A stretch of DNA of 39,800 bases from a virus (Duplodnaviria > Caudoviricetes), in the IMG/VR virus record IMGVR_UViG_3300017747_003029, positions 1 to 39,800 of that record. One strand, 5' to 3'. Made by a program: the position numbers and the translations under genes. The notes under the pieces are model-generated. The model was not told the origin of the DNA. It made no database searches and saw only the letters and a program-made list of their open reading frames with translations. Positions 1 through 8,753 of this stretch are shown here, in pieces (the first letter of the stretch is position 1; each line of letters opens with the position of its first letter).

Positions 1-419
1 ATTATGTTCACCACGTCCCCGGTGATTATGTCGCTGTTCGCGTCGTTGACCGTGATTACCGATGAGCCTGCGGTCGTGCTGAACGATACCGTCCTGTTTA
101 TGGTGTAGTATTGGGGGTAGATGTCATCGAGCGTGCCGTTTTGGTTTGCCACATTCGACAGGGCAAAGAGAGATTCTGTCGTCCCTACGGCGAGGTAGGG
201 AAGGGTGTTTGCGTTTTCCCACGCCCATAGCTCCCTGATGATGCCAGCTATAGCGGAGCTGTAATACTTGATCCACCCGCCAATCTTCTGCGGGAGCGCA
301 ACGCCGCGCTGATCGGGCTGGAACCTGATCTTGTCGCACGATGAGATGGAGGCTTCATTGAAGGTGGGCGTCCTGTTCTGATCGACGCCGGGCAGAAGTT
401 TGAGCGTTGCGTGGGCCAT
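1..419 (-). CDS. Virion tail/stabilisation protein (podovirus tail tubular B-like), truncated by window edge
   Basis: Not in the ORF track because it runs off the edge. ATG at 419 reads MAHATLKLLPGVDQNRTPTFNEASISSCDKIRFQPDQRGVALPQKIGGW... and stays open to position 1. It starts 3 nt after the stop of the upstream structural gene. Function inferred from position and N-terminal style. Confidence 0.6.
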   Translation of the reverse strand, partial: MAHATLKLLPGVDQNRTPTFNEASISSCDKIRFQPDQRGVALPQKIGGWIKYYSSAIAGIIRELWAWENANTLPYLAVGTTESLFALSNVANQNGTLDDIYPQYYTINRTVSFSTTAGSSVITVNDANSDIITGDVVNI

Positions 420-422
420 CCC

Positions 423-1187
423 TTACCCCCTCGACGGCGTAGCGACGGGAGAAGGGCTCTGGGCAGACCATCCGGAAGATTCAAATTTCTTTCTGGCCTC
501 TTCGACGGTCGCACCCTTCAGCAAGGTCTGATACTGCGTCTCATAGGTGACCGGCATCTGCGGATCATTGCCCGACGCCGAAGAGAAGTTGCGCTGATAT
601 GCCGACACATAGATCATGCTCGCCATGATGAAGAGGTCAGGCAAGTATAGGCTGATGAAGGTGGTCAGGTTCGTGGCTGACAGGCTGTTGGGGCGATAGG
701 TGCCGACCAGCTCGACCGTGTAGGCCTGATCTGGCGTTGGCGCGACGTAGTAGAGATTGTCGTTGAACGGCACGAAGTATTTGGGCACACCCCGGTTTGC
801 AGGCGCGCTCGACCCGTAGACCTGATCAATGAACTCCTTCGTCACCGACAGGCAGGGGTTCCTCGTGCCCAGTGGATCGTCCGGATCCGTAACGCTTGCG
901 GGCGTTATGACATTGATCTGCTCCGTCACGACAAGTGGGAAATCTGTTCCACTGATGCCGCCAATATTCAGGTTTCGGGATCCTGTTGTTAGCGGGAACG
1001 AGACCGATATGCTGGTGATCAGAAAGTCCAGATCCCTGTACATCCTGTTCTCAGCGTAGGTGATCGCCTGCGGGAGGATTGTCAGGAAATTGGTGTCGGC
1101 GGGCTCGACAACGGCCATGGTGGCGATCTGGGCCACATAGCTATTGGTTCCAGTCACTGATCCGTCGTAGCTCAAACCGGTCGTCAT
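423..1187 (-). CDS. Phage head-tail adaptor / tail tubular protein A-like
   Basis: 254 aa ORF with AENRMYRDL and 'PKYF...YVAPTPDQAYTVEL' segments typical of podovirus adaptor proteins; lies in the structural module. Confidence 0.6.
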   Translation of the reverse strand: MTTGLSYDGSVTGTNSYVAQIATMAVVEPADTNFLTILPQAITYAENRMYRDLDFLITSISVSFPLTTGSRNLNIGGISGTDFPLVVTEQINVITPASVTDPDDPLGTRNPCLSVTKEFIDQVYGSSAPANRGVPKYFVPFNDNLYYVAPTPDQAYTVELVGTYRPNSLSATNLTTFISLYLPDLFIMASMIYVSAYQRNFSSASGNDPQMPVTYETQYQTLLKGATVEEARKKFESSGWSAQSPSPVATPSRG

Positions 1188-1229
1188 GGCGCTGTCTCTC
1201 GGAATCTGTCGTTGGCAAAAGGTGCGCGC

Positions 1230-1258
1230 AATATACCCGAAAGCGACGAATTTACCAA
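1230..1258 (-). promoter_or_regulatory. Putative sigma70-type promoter for tail genes
   Basis: Minus strand TTGGTA-17nt-TATATT in the intergenic gap upstream of the 423..1187 gene. Confidence 0.4.
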
Positions 1259-1271
1259 TCGAAACGCTGGC

Positions 1272-1502
1272 CTAATTGCGGCATCGCTTTCGTCGGTGAT
1301 CCCATTCGCCGCCACGGCGGATGCAGTCACGCCATTCTTTCTCTTTCTCAGGCGTCATTCGTTTCATTAGAAAAGGCAACGATGCCTTGAACATAACAAT
1401 GCCAAGGCCGAACCAAAAGGATGGCCTTTGAGCGACGAGAAAGCCGCCAGCGCCAATGCCGATGAACAGCACGACGATGGCGGCAATCTCGATCCAGTTC
1501 AC
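1272..1502 (-). CDS. Small membrane protein of the lysis cassette (holin/spanin-associated candidate)
   Basis: GTG start overlaps the upstream stop; N-terminal hydrophobic segments WIEIAAIVVLFIGIGAGGFLVA and FWFGLGIVMF followed by a basic tail. Confidence 0.55.
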   Translation of the reverse strand: MNWIEIAAIVVLFIGIGAGGFLVAQRPSFWFGLGIVMFKASLPFLMKRMTPEKEKEWRDCIRRGGEWDHRRKRCRN

Positions 1503-1660
1503 TTCTTGGCCCAAATGGACCAACCCGCGGCGAAGATGACGCCAAGCGCGCCGATGATCTCGTTCATGGCGGTGGCGTCAATAACGCCGGTGCCGACAAC
1601 GTAGCCGCCACCAGCCGCGAGAACGGCGCGAACAACGCCCCAAACCATTTCTCTATTCAT
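1499..1660 (-). CDS. Putative holin (two TM helices, Pam3-gp28-like)
   Basis: 53 aa MNREMVWGVVRAVLAAGGGYVV...IIGALGVIFAAGWSIWAKK, directly downstream of the endolysin. Confidence 0.65.
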   Translation of the reverse strand: MNREMVWGVVRAVLAAGGGYVVGTGVIDATAMNEIIGALGVIFAAGWSIWAKK

Positions 1661-2082
1661 CACTTGATTCCTTTTGTTGTGCCGGGATATTCGTTCCACG
1701 GCAGTTGGTAGTGAGGGCCGTCCTGAAAAGTCTTCCAGTCACCGCCCCATTCGATAGGCACGTTTTCTGATTTCGCAGCGGCCTTCATGGCTGCGGCGAT
1801 CTTGTGATAGAGGGGCCAGTCGCCACGGTATTTCCCGCCAATGATGGCTCCGAGGTCGACGGCGTGGGAGTAGCCGTTCTTGGCGATGAGGTGGCGAGAC
1901 TTCAGGGTCGTGGATGCTCCACTCGCCTTTAGAATCTTCTGCTCTTCGAGGGTGCGCGGGCCGCAGGTGATGATGAAAGTGAGGGTCTTGTCTTTCCAAT
2001 CGCCAGCGCATCGATTGACCACACGCACCAGATCGGGATGAACGCCTTTAAGCTTGGCAACCGACGCCGTGTTCAGCTTCAT
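1660..2082 (-). CDS. Endolysin, M15 family (L-Ala-D-Glu) peptidase
   Basis: Motifs LKGVHPDL, RTLEEQ, SRHL, HAVD, IEWGGDW, DGPHYQL characteristic of M15C phage peptidases. Confidence 0.9.
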   Translation of the reverse strand: MKLNTASVAKLKGVHPDLVRVVNRCAGDWKDKTLTFIITCGPRTLEEQKILKASGASTTLKSRHLIAKNGYSHAVDLGAIIGGKYRGDWPLYHKIAAAMKAAAKSENVPIEWGGDWKTFQDGPHYQLPWNEYPGTTKGIK

Positions 2083-2321
2083 ATTTTGTCTGCCTTGCCA
2101 TCTAATTTGTCGTGTATCTTCTCAAACATGGCCCGGATTTCACGCATAATTTCCGTGAACTCTTCGCGGCGCACATAATGGACGGGGAGCGCCTTCTCTA
2201 TGGAGTGGAGGTCTTTACGAAGATCTTTGGTGGCATCCCAAAGTTGGCGAAAGAACCATCCGCCTATTGCGAAAACGGCCCCCACGCCAAAGTTGAAGAG
2301 AATTTGCAAGTCAATCTCCAT
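2079..2321 (-). CDS. Single-TM membrane protein with coiled coil, lysis-associated (holin-like)
   Basis: N-terminal TM (ILFNFGVGAVFAIGGWFF), then YVRREEF and a heptad-rich tail; its stop overlaps the endolysin start. Confidence 0.55.
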   Translation of the reverse strand: MEIDLQILFNFGVGAVFAIGGWFFRQLWDATKDLRKDLHSIEKALPVHYVRREEFTEIMREIRAMFEKIHDKLDGKADKI

Positions 2322-2442
2322 GACCGCCCCAAAAACAAAAAATTCTTCCCGGCATTTTGTACCCTATCTTTCTGTCACAAGAAAGAGATTACCCACGCCA
2401 AATGCCCGTTGAGATCTTGCCATCCCTCCCCGGAGATGTTTT

Positions 2443-2787
2443 CTACGCCGTCCACGGAGGCGGCAAGCTACCACCTTGCGGCTGCTTTTGGGCCTCAACT
2501 GAGGCTGCGAGCGACTGCTGCATTTCCGCCACCTGATCGGGACCAAGGGCAGTCTCTACCCAGCCCTGCACGATTGATGGTGTCAGGTCTTCATACGCGA
2601 TGAACGGCACACCGGGCGGCGGAAGGCCAACCGTGCTGTACATTGATGCGGTGTAATCCCCGTCCTGCGCCGTATAGACCCAATGAACGGTGGTCACGAC
2701 ATTCTGCACTGGCTCTTCGGTCTGGGGGTCAATTTCATTGTAAGTGACATCCAGAGAGGGGAAAGACCACTCATAGGAAATAGCCAT
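2443..2787 (-). CDS. Tail-fibre-associated protein (assembly/chaperone-like)
   Basis: 114 aa, VVTTVHW...FIAYEDLT...GWV...LPPPW pattern common in genes following phage fibres. Confidence 0.55.
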   Translation of the reverse strand: MAISYEWSFPSLDVTYNEIDPQTEEPVQNVVTTVHWVYTAQDGDYTASMYSTVGLPPPGVPFIAYEDLTPSIVQGWVETALGPDQVAEMQQSLAASVEAQKQPQGGSLPPPWTA

Positions 2788-2951
2788 TATTGAGCCTCCT
2801 TGATTTCAGAGTTCTCTGCCTTGGCGGCAGCTTCCAGCTTCTGGAAAATGACCAGTGCGGCGTTGGCGCTGCGGATGCCGCCAGCCTTGACGGCGATGTC
2901 AAGAAGGTTGGCAAGAGCGTTGGCTTCTTCGTTCGTCAGTTCAATTTTCAT
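2787..2951 (-). CDS. Small hypothetical protein (54 aa)
   Basis: Below the ORF-track cutoff: MKIELTNEEANALANLLDIAVKAGGIRSANAALVIFQKLEAAAKAENSEIKEAQ. GGAGAG SD upstream; TAATG overlap with the next gene. Confidence 0.7.
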   Translation of the reverse strand: MKIELTNEEANALANLLDIAVKAGGIRSANAALVIFQKLEAAAKAENSEIKEAQ

Positions 2952-2959
2952 GGCTCTCC

Positions 2960-4696
2960 CTATGCTGCTGATGTATTAGCGAGAAGATAGTACACGGTGC
3001 CGTTCACGCGGATAGCAATGCGGTGCGTAGCTGCGGCAGTCGTGTTGGCGTTAACTATAGTGCCTTCCGTGTAGAGGGAAAGCATCGTGTTGCCCGCCGT
3101 GAGGTCTGTGGAATAAATTTGGATGGTGTCAGCGGGGCCAGTGGTTGGCGCAGTTCCGGTTGCGATTGCAAGAACCGTCGCAGCGGATGTTCCAAACGTA
3201 GAAGTTCCAAGCCCAAGATTACCAGCGGCACTGATGCGCATCCTCTCAATGGCGTTGGTATTGAACAATATATTATCATTTGGGCCGCGACCGTTCAGCA
3301 GAATAAACGAAGCAGTGGCCTGTTGTGCATTGTTGCAACGCAACTCAATAGTTGAGGCGGCGGTTGTCGTATAGATCAGGTTATTTCCGGCGTTTGTTAA
3401 TTGTGTGTTACCCGGTATTCTGATTTCGCCAGTGCTGATGATGGCAAACCGCTCAACGCCGTTAGTTGACAACGAAATACTGTCTGCGGCAGGAAAGAAG
3501 ATGCCTGTGTTAAGGTCCCCAAGGTTGGTGATTGACGGTGCTGCTGCCGTACCGTCGCCGAACGAAGCAACGCCGTTGACGGACAGAAGAGCATCCGGGG
3601 CCGTGGTGCCGATGCCGACATTGCCACTGCTATCAATACGCAAACGCTCTGCGGCGTTGGTACTTGCAGCCAATGTGTTATTGGCTGGACGCCAAAAACC
3701 TGTATCAGGATCATTGGCAAACGTAAAGGACGGCAAAAGTGCAGTGCCATCTACTACGAATAGCCCTTGGCTTCTGACTGCAAGGGGTATTACGGATGTA
3801 CCAGTTGTGCTGGTTACTAAGTACGAAAAATATGAGGAATGAAATGTTGCGCCAGCCCCCTCAGAAATCGCCGAAAAAGTAGCCGAATTTCTTAGTGCTC
3901 CGCCAGTGTCAACGCTTTGGAACACAAATGTACCGAGTTGATCTCCAGAGTTTGCGGCGGCGGCCCCGCGAAGTTTTCTTGTGTTCCAAAATGGACCAAA
4001 AGCGTCATTTGCAGTGTTGACCAATACAATCTGAGGGGAAAAAGTAGCGGATGAAACAAAGTCAAATGAAGTGCTGCTGATGCTTGCAGCGCCACCAGCA
4101 ATAGTCAGAGTTCCCGTTGTTGAAACCGTTCCACCAGAGGCAATCCTAAGACGCTCAGTGCCGTTAGTGGACCAAGCTACCGTATCTGCCGCCGGAAACC
4201 ACATGCCTGTATTGAGGTCGCCAAAGGCTGCAATGGATGGAGTAGCCGCAGCACCCGCGCCGAAGGAGGAGATGCCATTGACCGAGAGCAGAGTAGTCGG
4301 GGCGGGAGTGCCAATGCCTACGTTGCCACTGCTATTAATGCGCATTGCTTCTGCACCACCTTCGGCAAAAGCAATCGTATCAGCAGCAGGGAAAAATAAA
4401 CCTGTGTTTGTGTCACCCGTGGGAATAAGCGTAGGTGCAGCGGCAGAGCCTGCCGCAATTGCTATTTGATTGGTGGTTTTGTTAAATGTGAAATCAGCGT
4501 TTCCGTTAAGAAAACCGCCGTCATTAAACTGGACCTCAGTATTTGCTCCTGCCGCCGTTATTGTGGTTTGAACATACAGGTCAGCAATTTGCTGTGTCGT
4601 GGCCCTGCGAGAGGTTCCGCTCTGAACAACCTCAATCTCCTCAGTGCCACTGAGGGCGATTGCTACAGGCAGATTGGGGATTTGCACATTCGCCAT
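2960..4696 (-). CDS. Tail fibre protein with internal repeats
   Basis: 578 aa, G/A/T/S/N-rich; four copies of a 'GD.NTG.ffPAAD.ia.stnG.ER.RI.ssGNVGIGT'-like unit. Confidence 0.8.
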   Translation of the reverse strand: MANVQIPNLPVAIALSGTEEIEVVQSGTSRRATTQQIADLYVQTTITAAGANTEVQFNDGGFLNGNADFTFNKTTNQIAIAAGSAAAPTLIPTGDTNTGLFFPAADTIAFAEGGAEAMRINSSGNVGIGTPAPTTLLSVNGISSFGAGAAATPSIAAFGDLNTGMWFPAADTVAWSTNGTERLRIASGGTVSTTGTLTIAGGAASISSTSFDFVSSATFSPQIVLVNTANDAFGPFWNTRKLRGAAAANSGDQLGTFVFQSVDTGGALRNSATFSAISEGAGATFHSSYFSYLVTSTTGTSVIPLAVRSQGLFVVDGTALLPSFTFANDPDTGFWRPANNTLAASTNAAERLRIDSSGNVGIGTTAPDALLSVNGVASFGDGTAAAPSITNLGDLNTGIFFPAADSISLSTNGVERFAIISTGEIRIPGNTQLTNAGNNLIYTTTAASTIELRCNNAQQATASFILLNGRGPNDNILFNTNAIERMRISAAGNLGLGTSTFGTSAATVLAIATGTAPTTGPADTIQIYSTDLTAGNTMLSLYTEGTIVNANTTAAATHRIAIRVNGTVYYLLANTSAA

Positions 4697-5430
4697 CAGA
4701 GCGTACCTGTCTTTGGAATTTCAGTGAAACCATAGGGCAAGGCGGGGTCATTGACAACATATCCGCCGGATGAATAGGCATTTGTAAATGCGGAACCCTG
4801 AAGGTCGATTTCGGTCAAGCTGATGACTGTGATGGTCCAGTTGCCGTTCGCCTCAGTTGTCCCAACAACATCGCCAATGGTCACCTGCTGTCCCGTGATC
4901 ATGCCGCTTGTCGCATTGACAGTCAGGCGGATCAGGCCAGCACCATTGTCTGCCGCGCTGCTGATGACGCGGTAGGTGATGGCATTGGGGTCTGTGCCGG
5001 GAAGCGTGTTCCTGCCGCCGGGCGGCTCGCCGGTATGCTGGGTGACGCGCCGATCATCCGTCGCCACATCATCGGCGGATGTGACACGAAAATCACCGCC
5101 GGGGACCGGGATTCCGGTAAGGGGATCCACTGTGTTCTGGCCAGAGGTGACCCGGAAATTGGATTCTGCCGTCACAAAATCCTGAGTTCTGGGGTTCTGA
5201 ATTGGCATGGGGTCAGCCGGGACGACAATCGCACGAAGCTGCTGCTGGGGCGTATCGTAGCACCCACCACAGACAAGCAGGCGGGTGTTGGCGAGAGAGG
5301 CTCCCCGCCAATCATACTGCCACTTCAAATCCACGTGATTGAACCGAAACCCGCACCGGTCGCATATGGCATGCGCCTGTGGTGATCTCGAGCTGGTTCT
5401 GGCGCGGCCTGATTGCGATGCGTATCCCAT
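4696..5430 (-). CDS. Virion structural protein with N-terminal Cys4 motif and C-terminal beta-rich domain
   Basis: AICDRCGF...LVCGGC..PQ at the N-terminus; C-terminal 'GMITGQQVTI.DV.GTTEANG.WTITV' (FCCH-like); lies between the adaptor and fibre genes. Confidence 0.55.
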   Translation of the reverse strand: MGYASQSGRARTSSRSPQAHAICDRCGFRFNHVDLKWQYDWRGASLANTRLLVCGGCYDTPQQQLRAIVVPADPMPIQNPRTQDFVTAESNFRVTSGQNTVDPLTGIPVPGGDFRVTSADDVATDDRRVTQHTGEPPGGRNTLPGTDPNAITYRVISSAADNGAGLIRLTVNATSGMITGQQVTIGDVVGTTEANGNWTITVISLTEIDLQGSAFTNAYSSGGYVVNDPALPYGFTEIPKTGTL

Positions 5431-5441
5431 GGCGTCCTATA

Positions 5442-6188
5442 TCACGGTCGGAAGTACCCAGACAATTGAGGCGAAATGTACTGCTGTGCCGTTTCGATGT
5501 TCTGATCCGCAGCGATCTGGTAGCTCTCGTCTGCCATGGCCTTGAGGGCCGGGGCGATCTGCGGGTTCCAGATTTTGGCCAATCGGAAGGCGAGACCGTC
5601 TGCGAAGGCTTCCATCCAGAGGAACGGAATATCGACCGTCTGGGCGTTGCTGTAATCTGCGGTTTGGGCCTGAACCACCCGGTAATATTTCAGGTACTGG
5701 GCGCTGCTTCCGTCCGGCACCGGCCAGAGCGTGACCTGCGGCCCTGTGACGACCGGGGATTGGCTGCTGCCGGGCCCGATCATATCCGTGCCGCTGGTCA
5801 ATCGGTCGAACCAGAACGTCGTCGTGAAGCCCTGCTGCTCCTTGTTTGGGAAGCTGGCATATTCCGTCCGGCTCACCGGCAGGATGATCCTGTCGATGGG
5901 CAAGCCGGTGCCGTTGTCGATGGTGACATAGGCGTCGAGGATGACGACGGTCGATGGGTTGACGGCGTAGACTGACTGGCCCTCGACCAGCGGAACGGTG
6001 ACCAGATCCACCCGCCAGAGGTTCACGCCTTGGTTCGACCAGCGCGAGAGCATCATGTTGGTCGCCATGCGGGCGGTCATCATGTGCTCTTGCAGGAGAG
6101 ACGTGTTTCGTATGCCTATGCTGTTGTAGGCGTAGAGAACAAGCTCACCAAGCGAAGGATTGAACGTATAGGAGCCGCTCGTTGTCAT
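5442..6188 (-). CDS. Head-tail connector/adaptor protein
   Basis: 248 aa, MTTSGSYTF, ARMATNMMLSRWSNQGVNLW, LWPVPD motifs typical of podovirus adaptors; downstream of capsid genes. Confidence 0.6.
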   Translation of the reverse strand: MTTSGSYTFNPSLGELVLYAYNSIGIRNTSLLQEHMMTARMATNMMLSRWSNQGVNLWRVDLVTVPLVEGQSVYAVNPSTVVILDAYVTIDNGTGLPIDRIILPVSRTEYASFPNKEQQGFTTTFWFDRLTSGTDMIGPGSSQSPVVTGPQVTLWPVPDGSSAQYLKYYRVVQAQTADYSNAQTVDIPFLWMEAFADGLAFRLAKIWNPQIAPALKAMADESYQIAADQNIETAQQYISPQLSGYFRP

Positions 6189-6202
6189 GGTGGCTCCTCA
6201 CC

Positions 6203-6544
6203 TTACCAAGTGCCGTTGCCGCCAGCCTGAAGCACCGTCATGGACGTAGAGCCATTGCCGCTATTCTGCACGATACGAACAGCAGTGGCGGGCTGCGTCA
6301 AAACTGATACGACAGAAGTTATTTGAGTCGTGAGAGCCGTGATATTCCACCACACGCCTGTGGCGGCAGTCCATGTATCTAACTGAATATTATCCAGCGT
6401 GTACTGAACCGTGTAGTTTACCGTTCCGGTCACAGTAACGCCCAGAGAAACATTTACAGGCGCGGTCCATGGATCAAGCGCAACGATGCTGGAGCTGACC
6501 GCGCCGCCAGAGGCATCAGATGTCGTTACGGTAATCGGCTGCAT
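6203..6544 (-). CDS. Small beta-rich virion protein
   Basis: 113 aa T/V/S-rich (GTVNYTVQYTLD) in the structural operon. Confidence 0.55.
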   Translation of the reverse strand: MQPITVTTSDASGGAVSSSIVALDPWTAPVNVSLGVTVTGTVNYTVQYTLDNIQLDTWTAATGVWWNITALTTQITSVVSVLTQPATAVRIVQNSGNGSTSMTVLQAGGNGTW

Positions 6545-6547
6545 AAT

Positions 6548-6730
6548 TTAACCCTTCTTGCTTGCGCGGGACGCTGCAATGTTATCTACCGCATTCGGGT
6601 ACGGCCTACCAGCGGCACGCGCCATGGCTTTTGCCTGAGCCACCTGCTTGCTGGTCATAGGCTTCGACCGGTGATTCTTGGGGAGATCCTTCTCCCATAC
6701 GGGGGTGTCTTTTTTCACGGGCATTTCCAT
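6548..6730 (-). CDS. Small basic hypothetical protein
   Basis: 60 aa K/R/A-rich (AKAMARAAGRPYPNAVDN), coupled to neighbouring genes. Confidence 0.6.
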   Translation of the reverse strand: MEMPVKKDTPVWEKDLPKNHRSKPMTSKQVAQAKAMARAAGRPYPNAVDNIAASRASKKG

Positions 6731-6954
6731 TTCCTCAACGCGAGCGCCTTGCGTGTTGGCTTGCCGCTGTCGTCCTTCATGGGACCGGGCATGCCGCCCG
6801 TCCGGGCGCAGAAACTGTCCTTGCGAGAGCCGCCCTCGGGCTGCGGGCGCTTGATGTCGTGGCCCTGCGCCTTCAAGGAAGCGCGCCCCTTGTCGTTCAA
6901 GCCGCCAGAGGGGCTCTTACCCTCCTTGCGGGTCCATGCAGGGGACTTTGCCAT
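6715..6954 (-). CDS. Small basic protein, DUF6321-like
   Basis: MAKSPAWTRKEGK..GGLNDKGRAS...RKDSFCAR...KPTRKALALRKWKC. The GGAGG SD supports the ATG at 6954 over the ORF-track start at 6996. Confidence 0.65.
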   Translation of the reverse strand: MAKSPAWTRKEGKSPSGGLNDKGRASLKAQGHDIKRPQPEGGSRKDSFCARTGGMPGPMKDDSGKPTRKALALRKWKCP

Positions 6955-6965
6955 GCTCACCCTCC

Positions 6966-6994
6966 AAAAGAAGTAAGCGGGGCCGAAGCCCCGC
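6966..6994 (-). terminator. Intrinsic terminator / stem-loop
   Basis: Minus strand GCGGGGC-TTCG-GCCCCGC followed by TTACTTCTTTT, just after the stop at 6998. Confidence 0.6.
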
Positions 6995-6997
6995 ACT

Positions 6998-7306
6998 TTA
7001 GTCGATCTGCTTAACGCTGCGGCCCTTGGCGGGCGTACCAGAATGAGCAGACGACAGCGGGTTCATGTTCGAACCCGTGCGACCGCCCGACTTGCGGGCC
7101 ATGCGGCCAGCGTGCTTTTTGCCAGAATTGCCATCGGCCTTGCCGACGCTCTTCTTGACCTTGCCGCCACGCTTGCGCTCTTCGGCTTCGGAATTGACAT
7201 TGCTGTCAGCCGTGTAGCGCATGTTCTTCTTACCGAGGTCCTGTTCCCATTCCCTCGAACCGGAAGTGGCATCACCACCTGCGGCCTTACCTTTGCGACC
7301 CTTCAT
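6998..7306 (-). CDS. Basic low-complexity protein with repeated xxGG motifs
   Basis: 102 aa; KAAGG, RKRGGKV, RKSGGRT. Confidence 0.7.
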   Translation of the reverse strand: MKGRKGKAAGGDATSGSREWEQDLGKKNMRYTADSNVNSEAEERKRGGKVKKSVGKADGNSGKKHAGRMARKSGGRTGSNMNPLSSAHSGTPAKGRSVKQID

Positions 7307-7322
7307 TGGAATCTCCTACGGA

Positions 7323-7775
7323 TTACGGGGTGTTGATAGCTTGAGCGTATGCAACGACAAGCGTGCCAACACCAGAACCAGTGGATGCTGGCTTGATAAA
7401 GATACGCACATCGCTTGAGCCGGTGTCCCTCCAAAGAAGGGCGTTGGCCCCAGTTGTTGGCGGGAAAGCAATGTTGCCGACACTGGTGATCGTCGCACCG
7501 GTTCCAACAAGCTCAGTCGCGGTCGCGCTTGTGCCGACCGTAAAAGTGCCCGTCCAGCCAGTGGAGACAATCAGGTTGATGGCCGTGATCGTGCTGTATG
7601 CCGGAATGACAATGTTTGTCGAAACGGCGGTCGTTACGGTCCCAGACTGCACCAGAGCACTTGTCTGGGCAACAATGACCGTACCAACATCAGCGACATC
7701 CTGCCCGACCGTAGTGCCCGACGTATTAAGAATCGGACCACTAATGAGCGGTCCAGTAAAATGAGATGCACCCAT
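7323..7775 (-). CDS. Capsid-associated structural protein (decoration/spike-base-like)
   Basis: 150 aa T/G/V-rich (SHFTGP, IVIPAYSTI), directly after the major capsid gene with an AAGGAG SD. Confidence 0.6.
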   Translation of the reverse strand: MGASHFTGPLISGPILNTSGTTVGQDVADVGTVIVAQTSALVQSGTVTTAVSTNIVIPAYSTITAINLIVSTGWTGTFTVGTSATATELVGTGATITSVGNIAFPPTTGANALLWRDTGSSDVRIFIKPASTGSGVGTLVVAYAQAINTP

Positions 7776-7828
7776 TGGGCACTCCTTTTTTTATGGCCCC
7801 CTCAATCAAGAGGGGGCCTGACCAATCA

Positions 7829-8740
7829 TTAAGAGGGGAACGAACCGAAGATGGAACGCCAGTTGTAGTACCCAAACGAGTACCGCTCGTAGCCCTTCAC
7901 CAGCAGGTTGTCCGTGACGAAATCAACCTGCATGTCCGTCTCGAACTTGATGCGCTCCATGTAAGAGAGACCATCGATGTTCGTGAGCAGGAACCAGTTG
8001 CGGGCCGACGTGAGGAAGTCGTTCGTCATGAACGATTCAGGCAGGCCGCCTGCGGTCATCATGATCGCGTTCACGTCGTTGTCGGCGGTGCCGGGGCGCA
8101 GTTCCGTCTTCACCAGACGGATGGCAACCGGCTCGAGCTGCGGCGGGACGACCAGCTTGCGGGCACGTGCGAACACCTTCAGACCGGCCTGATCCTTGAA
8201 GTTGGTACGGACCGAGATCATTGCGTTGAGCAGCGTTGCTTCGTTCAGATCGACGTCAACCGCAGGGCGATTGGCAACCGTTCCGCCGTCGATGGGGTGA
8301 GCCGTGGAGCAGAGCGCCACGCCGTCGCCGCCGACAGCCGCATTGTAGGTCGTCGCCGTGTTCAGGATCGACGCGCCGTAGATCTCCTTCGTCTGCTGGA
8401 AGCTTTCGATGAGACCGAGGTTCGACGGGTGGAACTGGGTCTTGTAGAGGTTATCGTCAATCGCCTTGCGGGTGATGCCGTAACCCAGACCAATTTCCAC
8501 GTGTTCCTGATTGTAGACATAACGCTCACCTGCGCCGTTGTCGAAGGAGGTCTGGCCACCTTCGGTCTTCAACTGGGCGAGGCCGAGATACCGCATTTCA
8601 GCGGTGCGCTCGAGCGCCATCTTGGAATCGTGCTTGGTGAAGATCTTGTCGTACTGAGACGGGATCATCTCGTACTTGCCTTCAACGCCGCGGAGACCGG
8701 GGAGGAGAAGGTCTTTGATTGCTGAGAGATTGACAGCCAT
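7829..8740 (-). CDS. Major capsid protein (HK97 fold)
   Basis: 303 aa: LLPGL, GLAQLKTEG, ITRKAIDDNLY, GDGVALCSTAHP, KLVVPPQL, KGYERYSFG. Strongly biased codons; follows scaffold and decoration genes. Confidence 0.88.
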   Translation of the reverse strand: MAVNLSAIKDLLLPGLRGVEGKYEMIPSQYDKIFTKHDSKMALERTAEMRYLGLAQLKTEGGQTSFDNGAGERYVYNQEHVEIGLGYGITRKAIDDNLYKTQFHPSNLGLIESFQQTKEIYGASILNTATTYNAAVGGDGVALCSTAHPIDGGTVANRPAVDVDLNEATLLNAMISVRTNFKDQAGLKVFARARKLVVPPQLEPVAIRLVKTELRPGTADNDVNAIMMTAGGLPESFMTNDFLTSARNWFLLTNIDGLSYMERIKFETDMQVDFVTDNLLVKGYERYSFGYYNWRSIFGSFPS

Positions 8741-8753
8741 TGGTCCTTACTCC

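Noticed and set aside
2960-4696. Tail-fibre repeats as DGR template/variable repeats
   Set aside because: No reverse transcriptase in the window, and the repeats are in-frame protein repeats that differ at all bases rather than only at adenines.
7787-7818. Hairpin after the MCP stop as a rho-independent terminator
   Set aside because: On the coding strand it is followed by an A-run, not a U-run; more likely a stabilising stem.
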